From Schmidtea nova (lineage: Eukaryota): a stretch of DNA of 64,000 nt. The notes beneath the pieces are model-generated. The model was not told where the DNA came from. It did no database searches and saw only the letters and a list, made by a program, of their open reading frames with translations. The position numbers and the translations under genes were made by a program. How positions within the stretch are numbered: position 1 is the stretch's first letter; the number at the start of each line of letters is the position of its first letter. The stretch is taken from positions 129,022,001 through 129,086,000 of the forward strand of contig CM097884.1 of the NCBI GenBank assembly GCA_044892505.1, given 5' to 3'. Below, piece after piece: positions 25,219-34,759 of this stretch.

Positions 25219-25605
25219 TTATGACTTTAAATAATCTATAACACTACGCAAACATTCTTTATAGGCACACATACTATGGTCTCTATAGGGACAAGAAATA
25301 TTATCTGGAACATCTTCAATTTCTTTTAAATTATATTTGATTAGTCTCAAAGTGGGAAAATATTTCTTCAAAGCAATAAGTTTATCCATATCTGTGACAT
25401 AGAAAATAGCATTACTATCTTCAATATCTTTCATAATACATATTGGACAAAAGTAATCTTCCTCCTCATACCACTCACTACAAACTTTATTATATATGTA
25501 ATATTTAGGTCTAAAAATATTATTAACGTTTATAATACATAATTCATTAATAATTAATCTTCCATTATTGTAAATTCCTATAAAATCAATAAAATAACAA
25601 GTCAT
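25219..25605 (-). CDS. Polinton accessory protein, DEDD/DnaQ- or Maelstrom-like fold with C-H-C motif (~128 aa)
   Basis: N-terminal FIDFIG...IINELCII pattern and C-terminal CPYRDHSMCA. Start at 25605 preferred because the longer ORF overlaps the protease. Confidence 0.5.
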   Translation of the reverse strand: MTCYFIDFIGIYNNGRLIINELCIINVNNIFRPKYYIYNKVCSEWYEEEDYFCPICIMKDIEDSNAIFYVTDMDKLIALKKYFPTLRLIKYNLKEIEDVPDNISCPYRDHSMCAYKECLRSVIDYLKS

Positions 25606-25637
25606 TTTTATACTAAATTTTATTTTTATTAAATTGT

Positions 25638-26020
25638 TTATACATTTAACATGGATAATAACCATGCAAGACAATGTTGACCACAAGTAATTGTTAATGG
25701 ATGTTGATATCGAATTCTATTGTATACAATCGGTTTACCCAAAGTTTGCAATTTACTAACTAATAAATTGGGATAATAACATCCAAATGGATCAAATGCA
25801 TATATTCGATCTGGTTTAACGTAAACAGCAATCCAATGTTCACCACCCAAAGTAGATGTCTGAGTATTTACGATGATAGCTTGATTAACATCCATATAAG
25901 GAATTTTATCTAAGGGATAAACTCCAATAAATTGATTTCCCAATAATTTTTTGCCAAGTCTATATACCTGAATTGAACTAATTTAATTAATTATTTTTAC
26001 AAATTAAAATCTTACTCCAT
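25638..26020 (-). CDS. Adenain-like cysteine protease (spliced, ~114 aa)
   Basis: GEHW, FDPFG and Q...CGQHC catalytic motifs. Exon ATGGA (26020-26016) plus a 38-nt GT-AG intron (26015-25978) gives MDSIQVYRLGKKLLGNQFIGVYPLD. The track ORF starts at an internal TTG. Confidence 0.9.
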
Positions 26021-26111
26021 GATAATTTTACTATAGTGATTTGGTTCATTTATACTATAAGAGTTCAAATCAGTGATGTTTGAGCTCAAACTAATAATGT
26101 TTGAGCTCTGC

Positions 26112-27332
26112 TCAAACCAATACTGTTCGATTTGCAGTAATTTGGATTTCATTTTCAAAAACTCCATATATTATTACATGAACCGGTTCCTCAATGGCTT
26201 TACCAAATTTGATATCTAATCGTAAATTTCCATTTTGAGGGATTTGACTTTGATTCAAATCGAAATCAGGAGCAAGAACAAACGTAAAGAATGGATAACT
26301 AGATTTAAATTCATCTAGACTTATACCACAATTCAAGTTTTTATCCAAATATCCTAAATTCCGGACAAGACTTTGCATATATGTGGCACTAAAATTATCA
26401 TTTTCAAAATCTTGATTATAAGTTTCCCGATAATCAGTATTTTTTGACAGAGATAATGATGTTACATTGAAATGTTTGAATGTAGATGAAGAAGCAGAAT
26501 AAGATCCGTTATATTGATTTTCAGTTTGAAAAGCTACAAGAATGAAATTAGGCATTCTTCTATCTCCAAATATTTGCTCCTTGTAAAATGATGATGCCCC
26601 TTTACCGATTGCAAAAGATACAATTTCTTTTGATTTTATCGGATAAATTGCATGTTTGTTATTTAATCCAATTTGATGTCCAGCTAATACTGAAGATTCA
26701 CATCGAACTCTTCGTACCATTAATTTTGCATCTACTATTTGTATTATTGGTTTCCCAGCTGTAGATGCCAATGATAATGCAGAATCAGATCTCTTCAATC
26801 TAATATGTACATTAACTCCCGGAAGTAAATATTTAGGTTGATCCAAAAAATCTAGTTGTAATGATGAACACATGTTGAAAAGTTTCGATCCTTTAATCCA
26901 CTTTTTTCTATCGTCAGATGCGCCGTATCCCATTGGAGTAAGACAAGTTTCTTTTGCATCACTAGTATAATTTAAAATAGTTTCAATTATTGCCTTGTGT
27001 GCATATGTATTGTTTCCACCCTCAACTTTTATATTATTAAATCCAAGAATTGCATCTTTGAAAAGTGTATGAAACAGGTAATTATTAGGTACTACATCAC
27101 TAGCATCAGCTAATTGTTTTTTATCTTTATCTACAACTTTGACAGTAACGGATAATAAAGTATCATTTAAATCTAAATATTCGGTTTGTGAACCGTTAAT
27201 GTAAAATTCGATATCATTTCTACTATCTGTAATGGAATTCATTGGAAACACATCTTCAAACACCCCATATTCAATAACTGCTTGGGGAGATGGTCGATCA
27301 AAAAGACATAATTCAGATTTACCGCAAATCAT
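26112..27332 (-). CDS. Major capsid protein (double jelly-roll, Polinton PY/hexon-like), 406 aa
   Basis: Characteristic N-terminus KSELCLFDRPSPQAVIE...IEFYINGSQTEYLDLNDTLL and C-terminus GNLRLDIKF...VYGVFENEIQIT, plus size and position. Confidence 0.9.
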   Translation of the reverse strand: MICGKSELCLFDRPSPQAVIEYGVFEDVFPMNSITDSRNDIEFYINGSQTEYLDLNDTLLSVTVKVVDKDKKQLADASDVVPNNYLFHTLFKDAILGFNNIKVEGGNNTYAHKAIIETILNYTSDAKETCLTPMGYGASDDRKKWIKGSKLFNMCSSLQLDFLDQPKYLLPGVNVHIRLKRSDSALSLASTAGKPIIQIVDAKLMVRRVRCESSVLAGHQIGLNNKHAIYPIKSKEIVSFAIGKGASSFYKEQIFGDRRMPNFILVAFQTENQYNGSYSASSSTFKHFNVTSLSLSKNTDYRETYNQDFENDNFSATYMQSLVRNLGYLDKNLNCGISLDEFKSSYPFFTFVLAPDFDLNQSQIPQNGNLRLDIKFGKAIEEPVHVIIYGVFENEIQITANRTVLV

Positions 27333-27694
27333 TCTTCAAATATAGTTCCATGTCCTTTCATTCGATTGTTTATACGCTTTCTACCTTTTTTACGTTTTGG
27401 TTCTACTGGTTCAGGTTCTGGTTCATTTTTTGTAAACATATTTGTAATTGAAGGAATCGCTTTTGAAACAGCATCCATAGCATTCGTTTTCAATGAAGGC
27501 AATATTTTTTGGTCTTTCATGATAACATCTCTAGCAGTTTTCATTCCAAAACTACCTAGTCGTTTAAGAATTGGAAGTGCAAATCTACCAATAGTTTTCA
27601 ACCAACCTGATCCATACTGCTTACCTACAAAATACGGTAATTCACCACCGGTTTGGCTATTACTATACAATGAAATTATATCGGGATTACTCAT
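27329..27694 (-). CDS. Putative virion core protein with QxGG/QxGxG maturation sites, 121 aa
   Basis: SQTGGE, KQYGSGW, amphipathic helix, basic tail KRKKGRKR. Overlaps the MCP and penton ORFs. Confidence 0.65.
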   Translation of the reverse strand: MSNPDIISLYSNSQTGGELPYFVGKQYGSGWLKTIGRFALPILKRLGSFGMKTARDVIMKDQKILPSLKTNAMDAVSKAIPSITNMFTKNEPEPEPVEPKRKKGRKRINNRMKGHGTIFEE

Positions 27695-28733
27695 TTAATT
27701 TACGAAAATGTAATGTCAAATGTGTTTTTGAATCTTTTGGAAAATTTATTAATTTACCACTATCGTCACGTATATTTATTTCTATATTGTTTATACATGA
27801 GGTAGAAATAGGTAAGTACATTGGATTATCCATTACTATTTGTACAACTTCATCCTGTTCATATTTTTCGATCCATACAGATTTCAGTAGAGGAACCAGA
27901 GAATCACCGACAATTATTGGTTCAATAATGTTACTGTAAATGAACATTTGTTGATGATGAACAAGTATTTTAGGTTTCACAGTCCCATCGATAAGGTTTC
28001 GGTCTCTATACGTTTGTTTAGCTAATCCTAAAGTATTGACCAAGTTTTTATCAAATGTAACTTCACTAATATTATCATTGAGACAGAATTGGAACCATTT
28101 ATTAATCTCTAGAGTTTTAAAGATATGGGAACAATTGAATGATAAATATTTAGATAAATCTTCCAATTGTACTATATACAAATCATTTGCAAATGTAAAT
28201 GTATCTTCAATTTCTGCCTCATAAGATATTGTCACCGTAATATCTTCTTTCAAATAACTATTCGGTTCAAATAATATGAACTTTAATTGATATTCTTTTA
28301 GTGTACTCACAATTTTAAGTTGATTACTTCCCATTCGCTTGGCTTCTTCAATATTTTTAAATGTAATTGTATATGGAGTAAAATCACAATTAATATTTAA
28401 ACAACCATTGCTGAAATACATACTACAATGAACATTCAAATTTTGGTTAGGAATATTATAAATTCTTTCAAAATTGTTGATGATGAATAGACCACTGCAT
28501 GTTCTATTTTCAATTCTTTTGTAATCAATCTTACATTGACTATAAAATGGAAATGTATTGTACACAAACGTGAAATCTTGTAATGCAACTTCCCAATTAC
28601 CATCTAAATAAATTGGATTTTGAAGATTGACCATGAATTTACTGGCTTGATTGTCTGGATGTATTAGCGGACAGCTATTACTTGGTAATATAGTATAAAA
28701 ATTCACTTTACTAGGTTTTTTGACGATATCCAT
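27687..28733 (-). CDS. Minor capsid protein (penton-like, Polinton PX), 348 aa
   Basis: FYTILPSNS...FMVNLQNPIYLDGNWEVAL N-terminus and FIYSNII...VGDSLVPLL...YLPI...IEINIRDDSG C-terminus. Confidence 0.9.
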   Translation of the reverse strand: MDIVKKPSKVNFYTILPSNSCPLIHPDNQASKFMVNLQNPIYLDGNWEVALQDFTFVYNTFPFYSQCKIDYKRIENRTCSGLFIINNFERIYNIPNQNLNVHCSMYFSNGCLNINCDFTPYTITFKNIEEAKRMGSNQLKIVSTLKEYQLKFILFEPNSYLKEDITVTISYEAEIEDTFTFANDLYIVQLEDLSKYLSFNCSHIFKTLEINKWFQFCLNDNISEVTFDKNLVNTLGLAKQTYRDRNLIDGTVKPKILVHHQQMFIYSNIIEPIIVGDSLVPLLKSVWIEKYEQDEVVQIVMDNPMYLPISTSCINNIEINIRDDSGKLINFPKDSKTHLTLHFRKLNE

Positions 28734-29750
28734 GATGGTTCTTTATATCCATGCCACTTGACGTAGTATTGTTTATCTTTACCGACCATTTTAGTTTTCA
28801 ATATTTTTTGAATTCTAGATATTGTCGGAGGGGGAATAACTTGTAATTCTTGCTCATAGAATTTTCCACTGACTATATTGTTATCAGAATCAGAAATAGT
28901 ATACATGACAGGATTCTGGACTGTGTTGACTTTCGATATTTGAAATACCTCATCACTCCAATTACTATCAAAATTTTTAATGAATGGCGATGCGCTAATT
29001 TTACTAATTCGAACATGATCACCTATTTTATATTTTGGTTTCTTTATTTTTGTATCACTCAAAATATTTTCAGTATCAACTACTTCAGCAGGTTTCTTTC
29101 CATTTATACCTCGATGAGCAGAATGATTATAACTATGAATAATTTGTGGTAAAACATTAATCCATGTTTTATTCCCTTGATGCACAAAATACTTTTTGAG
29201 ACGATCTCGTAATGTACGATTAAATCTTTCAACATGAGCGGCTTTGAATTGAGAGAATACTGAGTAATGATTGATTCCCTTTATAATTTCTTTGACTTTG
29301 CTATTGTAAAATTCCTTACCTGGATAAATAATTATCATTATATAAAATATTTATTAGCTTACCCAAATCAGTTTGTAAATTAGTTGGACGATCCTGTTTC
29401 ATCATTGTTTTGATTGCGATTGCCATATCATTAGCAGATTTAGATTTTACTGGAATAGCTCGAGCGAAACGACTGTAAACATCAATACATGTTAAAATAT
29501 ACTTGTATCCCTTGTTAATTTTTGAATACGGAATCATTTCCATCAAATCCATTTGCCACAAATCATTGATTCTATATGTTTTATATGCTCGAGTCGGAAA
29601 CCGTTTCAGCATCGGTTTGTTTAGACTGTATGCAAGTTGCCCCGATAACCAACTTTGAGTCTGTTTTTTCGAATTCAATACATTTTTGCTTAGCTTTTCG
29701 ACTCCACCGAAACCTGCTTCGTGTTTTGGGTTGGTCCAAATCTTCTCCAT
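28703..29750 (-). CDS. Retroviral-type (rve) integrase with C-terminal chromodomain, spliced (~334 aa)
   Basis: The two track ORFs join through a 43-nt phase-1 intron (29362-29320), restoring QTDLG|KEF. DDE residues in WQMDL, QTDLG and VERFNRTL. Chromo-like QKIL...YYVKWHGY..PSWI. Confidence 0.92.
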
Positions 29751-29805
29751 TACAACAAGAAGATTTAAAGTTTAAATTAAGATTAGGCAATGATTGTCCC
29801 ATTGT

Positions 29806-30348
29806 TTATGACTGTTTTCCTAATAAACCAGCACCTCCTAATAGTGATAATGCTAATGGTAACAATGCTGCAATAAACCCTCCTTGTTGTTTATATATTA
29901 TTTTACGCATTAATTTTCTATTTTTGGTTTTTACAAGTGATAACAATGGTTTCTTGTGTTTGTTCAAAACTCTTCTATTAGATTCACTTATATTGATTTT
30001 ACCTCTAACAACTTTAATTAAAATCATTAGTAAATCGTCAATAACGTAATTAGGAAACGATTGTAAAATACTCATTCTTCTAATACTAGGGGCTTTAAGT
30101 AATGCGTTGAAAAATGGGAAACTACGATGATGTATTTGTTTTGGATTTGGTTTGTAAGTATTTTGAATACGATTACTTTTTGGGATATTATCAATAAGTA
30201 ATTTTTTAGATGGTGTATAACTGGTTTTTGAAACTGGTTTCTTTGTTTTCTTTGTAAATACTTTCTTTGAAACTAATTTCTTTCCCGGTTTCTTCATTTT
30301 TCTAGCCTTTATCAAGCGCTCAAACTTTACTCTAGATTTCATTAACAT
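29806..30348 (-). CDS. Lys-rich putative core protein with adenovirus pX/mu-like C-terminus, 180 aa
   Basis: Basic N-terminus; C-terminal QQGGFIAALLPLALSLLGGAG. Confidence 0.65.
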   Translation of the reverse strand: MLMKSRVKFERLIKARKMKKPGKKLVSKKVFTKKTKKPVSKTSYTPSKKLLIDNIPKSNRIQNTYKPNPKQIHHRSFPFFNALLKAPSIRRMSILQSFPNYVIDDLLMILIKVVRGKINISESNRRVLNKHKKPLLSLVKTKNRKLMRKIIYKQQGGFIAALLPLALSLLGGAGLLGKQS

Positions 30349-30368
30349 GATTGATAATATACATCTAG

Positions 30369-30992
30369 TTAACTTTGTTTATAAACCATGGCTCCTTCCT
30401 TGTTGAAAATATCGGTTCTAACTCTTAAATCATCACTACATTGTTGTGTGAAATCAAGAAAAAGATATCCATGAGGTGCTTTTGTGGCATCTTGGAATGC
30501 ATCAATCAAGAAATTACGATTAGAAGGGTATGCTTGTCTTGCAAGAAAATCAATCACTGTTGCGTCTCTAGGATTTTTAAAAACAACAAGATATTGAACA
30601 TTCAAATTACGAGTTCGATGACTACCGCCCTGATGAAATAAATTCTGAGTAATAAATATGACTGTAACACCTTTGTGTCTAGCGATTTTGGTAAATAAAT
30701 TATTAAAATCCTTTTCTTTATTTGCTTCTTGGTACAAATCATCAATAATAATCACATCCCCTTCTCTTAATCTAGATGACCAATTTTTATCGAAACCTTT
30801 TATTATAGTCATTTTTATTTTACAAAATTGATCTTGAGTCATTCCATGTTCATCATCCGCACCCCTATGCCAATAAATTTTATTAAACTTTGATTTAAAT
30901 AATTTTGATTGTAATAATTTACAAACAAATAAAGTTTTTCCACTACCGCTTGGTCCAACAATTTGAAACACTGCATCATTTCTTAATTCCAT
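30369..30992 (-). CDS. A32/FtsK-type genome packaging ATPase, 207 aa
   Basis: Walker A GPSGSGKT, Walker B IIIDD, and RHKGVTVIFITQNLF and FKNPRD motifs. Confidence 0.95.
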   Translation of the reverse strand: MELRNDAVFQIVGPSGSGKTLFVCKLLQSKLFKSKFNKIYWHRGADDEHGMTQDQFCKIKMTIIKGFDKNWSSRLREGDVIIIDDLYQEANKEKDFNNLFTKIARHKGVTVIFITQNLFHQGGSHRTRNLNVQYLVVFKNPRDATVIDFLARQAYPSNRNFLIDAFQDATKAPHGYLFLDFTQQCSDDLRVRTDIFNKEGAMVYKQS

Positions 30993-31008
30993 ATTTTTTA
31001 TTTTATTA

Positions 31009-31045
<37 letters not shown>

Positions 31046-31107
31046 GTTTATATTTGTTTTAAATAATAGTTTTAATTATTATTATCATATTTAAAAAATT
31101 TCCAGTA

Positions 31108-31575
31108 ATGATTAGCAACATAAATTATAAGGGTAAGACAGATGTATCACACATGAAATTTCCTAAGGGGAAACCACAACAAATTATTGATAGAAGTGGT
31201 AAATATCCGATAATATATTTTAAGACCGGGAGATTTAGAATTATGGGATGCAAGGAATTTATAAGTGATGAAAAAGTAAAGATTTATGATTTAACAATCC
31301 AATCGATTACTGTAACGACAGATTTAGGATTTATTTGTAATTTAAATGATTTGGCTAAATTACTAGAATGTGTTTATGAGCCTGAATTATTTCCAGCTTT
31401 GAGATATATAAAATATAATCCCATGTGTGTTAATATATTTGCAAGTGGTAAAATAGTTATATTAGGTTTAAAAGACAAAGACTATTTAAATATAGTTGAT
31501 AATATTATTACAGATATAAAATCAATTATTGAAGATAAAGCCTTTGTTGATTTCATATTATCGTGTGACTCATGA
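31108..31575 (+). CDS. TATA-binding protein (TBP)-like protein, 155 aa
   Basis: The second repeat TIQSITVTTDLGF..NL..LA...YEPELFPAL.Y...P....IFASGKIVILGLK aligns by eye to TBP repeat 2 (KIQNMVGSCDVKF..RL..L...YEPELFPGLIY...P....IFVSGKVVLTGAK). The first repeat is degenerate (SNIN...YFKTGRFRIMGCK). Confidence 0.88.
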   Translation: MISNINYKGKTDVSHMKFPKGKPQQIIDRSGKYPIIYFKTGRFRIMGCKEFISDEKVKIYDLTIQSITVTTDLGFICNLNDLAKLLECVYEPELFPALRYIKYNPMCVNIFASGKIVILGLKDKDYLNIVDNIITDIKSIIEDKAFVDFILSCDS

Positions 31576-31610
31576 TTGCAAATAAGATGCAAAAGAAATG
31601 CACGATTCTG

Positions 31611-31716
31611 ATTGGTTCAGTGTGTATTTCAATAATAAAGACATATTATACATACTCGAATCTGATTTGTTGATTGTGTGTTTCAATTTCTTGTGTGTTA
31701 CTTTGGTATATATATA
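31611..31716 (+). promoter_or_regulatory. Putative CCAAT + TATA promoter
   Basis: ATTGG at 31611-31615 and TATATATA at ~31707-31716, ahead of the ATG at 31750. Confidence 0.3.
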
Positions 31717-31749
31717 GAATGAATATTTTTCATTCATTATAATTTTACA

Positions 31750-32357
31750 ATGTGTCTAAAATCCACTCTAGTGAAATATGGTAAAGTTTTGAATTTATTA
31801 TTTTTCATTATTATAATATTTATTTTTTAGATAAATTAATGACAGTTCTTTTAGGGAAAGTAGAGGAGATGTTTCCTAATCTAATGGCGAATTTAATTTA
31901 TACAGCGCCGGAAATGCTCCCAATCAAAATATTATCGATCACTGGGATTGATATTAACCAGGTCTTGCTAGATCACCTGGCCAACTTGGATTTGGAGCTG
32001 CCATTCATGGCAGAGCACATTCTTTGTGCCTACCAATGCGGTCACTGTACAGATAGAATTGCAAAATATCGGATTTGGGTTTTGAGAAAGGCGCTCAAAA
32101 ATTTCGAGATGGATTCTCGAAAAGAAAAAGAAAATGAAGAAACACCAATACAATGGCCAAACTCAACTCCTGAAGATGCGTCCGAATGTGACCAAAATAC
32201 TGATGGTCCCGATTCTTCAAATTGTCCAGCACCAACCATCGATGGACCATATCCGCTGGAATGCGATCAGTCTCCAGCATCGCAAGAATCACCAGAATCA
32301 CCCAATTGCGATGAATGCCATCGCAAAGTTGATAATGATATTGACATGGTTGAATAA
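31750..32357 (+). CDS. Orphan Polinton protein, spliced (~185 aa), acidic/Pro-rich tail
   Basis: Exon 31750-31780 (MCLKSTLVKY) and a 50-nt phase-1 GT-AG intron (31781-31830) join in frame to the track ORF at 31839. Confidence 0.65.
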
Positions 32358-32555
32358 ATGTTTTTGTATTATCATTTTTATTTGTTATATGTTATTATTT
32401 TTGTTACGATTTAATAAATGTTTATTTATTTATGTCTTCGGTTTTTATTTCACTTTATTTTAGTGTATTTTAAAGTAAAAAATAAAAGTCTTTAAAGAAA
32501 GATAAAGTAAAAAATTAGTAGAATAACTTTTTGAATGTAAATAAGTTTCTGTGAT

Positions 32556-32700
32556 ATGTTTTAATTTTGAAAAGTCATTATTTAATATGATAGAAAACAC
32601 GATAATTAGTTTTTAATTTTGAAAAGTCATTATTTAATATGATAGAAATCACGATAATTAGTTTTTAATTTTGAAAAGTTATTTTTTATTATGATAAAAA
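32556..32700. repeat. ~61-bp tandem repeat (about 2.5 copies)
   Basis: ttttaattttgaaaagtcattatttaatatgatagaaa..acgataattagt repeated. Confidence 0.8.
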
Positions 32701-32826
32701 ACATGATAAATAAAGTTGATAAACACATTAATTAAACACACAAGCATACATACAACAAAGACACACACATACATATGCATGCAAACAAAGACATGCAGTC
32801 ATAGTGCAATACAAATGCATGATTTT

Positions 32827-32860
32827 GATTGGACAAAGGCATAACTCGTCACTATAAATA
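32827..32860 (+). promoter_or_regulatory. Putative CCAAT + TATA promoter
   Basis: GATTGG at 32827-32832 and TATAAATA at 32853-32860, 36 nt upstream of the ATG at 32897. Confidence 0.4.
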
Positions 32861-32896
32861 CAAAGACATTTTTAAGATATTGTCACAATTTATAAA

Positions 32897-33313
32897 ATGC
32901 CAGCACGTAAATCAACTTATGACATCAGTGAAGAAAGAAAAATCAATAATGAAGTGAAACCAGTACAAATGTATTACGATTACAAAATTTATTTCCTGGT
33001 TCAAGAAATACCATTTCGTTTATCGTATCCAGTTAAATTAACAAAGTCATTGTATGATAATTTAGCCGCAAATCTAAGTAAAGAAGATGTTGTTGCACTG
33101 AATAAAGTTTTATTCAAAATCAATAACAATTTAAGCTGCAAGGAAACTATATGGATCAACAATCGAAAAACCCGTTTCCATGATGCTTTCCAATCTATCG
33201 AATACAAGGATCAAGAAAATTGGTTTATTACCATAATCATTCAGGGTTATAAAATCGATACCAAAGATGTTATAACTCCAATTTGGAGAATCGACAGTGC
33301 ACGATATACATAA
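32897..33313 (+). CDS. Orphan Polinton protein, 138 aa (possible OB-fold ssDNA-binding protein)
   Basis: Clean ORF with promoter motifs. Beta-rich C-terminus WFITIIIQGYKI...ITPIWRI. The function is inference only. Confidence 0.55.
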   Translation: MPARKSTYDISEERKINNEVKPVQMYYDYKIYFLVQEIPFRLSYPVKLTKSLYDNLAANLSKEDVVALNKVLFKINNNLSCKETIWINNRKTRFHDAFQSIEYKDQENWFITIIIQGYKIDTKDVITPIWRIDSARYT

Positions 33314-33498
33314 ATATTATTTTATAAATGTTATATTCAATAAAGTTTAGTAATTTGGATTTTANNNNNNNNNNNNNNNNNNNNNNNNNNNNNNNNNNNN
33401 NNNNNNNNNNNNNNNNNNNNNNNNNNNNNNNNNNNNNNNNNNNNNNNNNNNNNNNNNNNNNNNNNNNNNNNNNNNNNNNNNNNNNNNNNNNNNNNNNN

Positions 33499-34759
33499 TT
33501 TTTAACATAGAATAATTTTAAAGTTTTTATATTTGACCTACATAATTCTGACATAGAAAATTATCTAGTTGACCTACTTTTTTCTGACTTAGAAAATTCG
33601 TACTGTTATTTATTTTAAACAACAAGAGAAGCAGAACGCGCGTTTCACGCGCGTTCAATGAGTACTGTTATTTGTCTTAAACAATAACAGGAGAAGAACG
33701 CGCGTGAAACGCGCGTTCAATGCATACTATTATCCTTATTAAAAACATACACACACGTAAGATAGCCATATACAGAAATTATTAACCTACTTAGAAATAT
33801 TTGAAAATTATTGACCTACTTAATTTGTCCTCATCATGACCTTAAATCGACCTACTTTATTCTGACATAGAAAAATTTTTGAGAAAAATAAAGTTGACCT
33901 ACTTATTTCTGACATAGAAAAATTTTTGAAAAAATAAAGTTGACCTACTTATTTCTGACATAGAAAAATTTTCAAGTATTTATATTTGACCTACTTTTTT
34001 GAAAATTATTGACCTACTTATTTTGTCCTCATCATGACCTTAAATCGACCTACTTTATTCTGACATAGAAAAATTTTTGAGAAAAATAAAGTTGACCTAC
34101 TTATTTCTGACATAGAAAAATTTTCAAGTTTTTTATATTTGACCTACTTATTTCTGACATAGAATAATTTTTGAAAAAATAAAGTTGACCTACTTATTTC
34201 TGACATAGAAAAATTTTCAAAATTATTATTGACCTACTTAATTCGTTGTCATAGCAACTAGCAAATTTAAAAAAAATAAAGTTGACCTACTTATTCGTTG
34301 TCATAGCAACTTAAAAATATTTGACCTACTTTTTTCTGACATAGAAAAAATTTGAAAATTATATCTGACCTACTTATTTTAACCTTAAAATCACCTTAAA
34401 AATATTTGACCTACTTAATTTGTCCTTATCGTGACCTTAAATTGGCATTCTTTTTGACCTTATAGTGTCCTTAAAACGACCTTGACCTACTTTATTGTCC
34501 TTAAAGTGTCCTTAAACCATAAATTTGACCTTAAATTCACCTTAAAATGTCCTTAAAACGACCTTGACCTACTTTTTTGACCTTAAAGTGTCCTGAAAAT
34601 GACCTTAAGCGAAAAATTTGACCTTAAAGTGTCCTTAAAGTGTCCTTAAGCGAAAAATTTGACCTTAAATCGACCTACATAAAAAATTTGACCTTAAATC
34701 GACCTACATAAAAAAAATTTTTTTTTTTTCTAGGGGGGGGGTCTTGACCTATATCTGAT
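33499..34759 (-). repeat. Polinton right TIR (at least 1261 bp; both ends in gaps)
   Basis: Reverse complement of the left TIR, with about 3 substitutions and two fewer ~46-bp units. Confidence 0.95.

Noticed and set aside
29316-29338. Integrase as a frameshifted pseudogene
   Set aside because: A canonical 43-nt GT-AG intron restores the conserved TDxGKEF motif.
29576-30049. Alternative ORFs 29576-30049(+) and 29581-29802(-), and other antisense ORFs inside Polinton genes (20896, 22750, 27366, 27670, 28036, 28850, 30441, 31968-32463, 33001)
   Set aside because: They overlap well-supported genes and have no recognisable motifs; treated as shadow ORFs.
32250-32275. LxCxE Rb-binding motif
   Set aside because: The sequence is LECDQ, lacking the required Glu; kept only as a weak hint.
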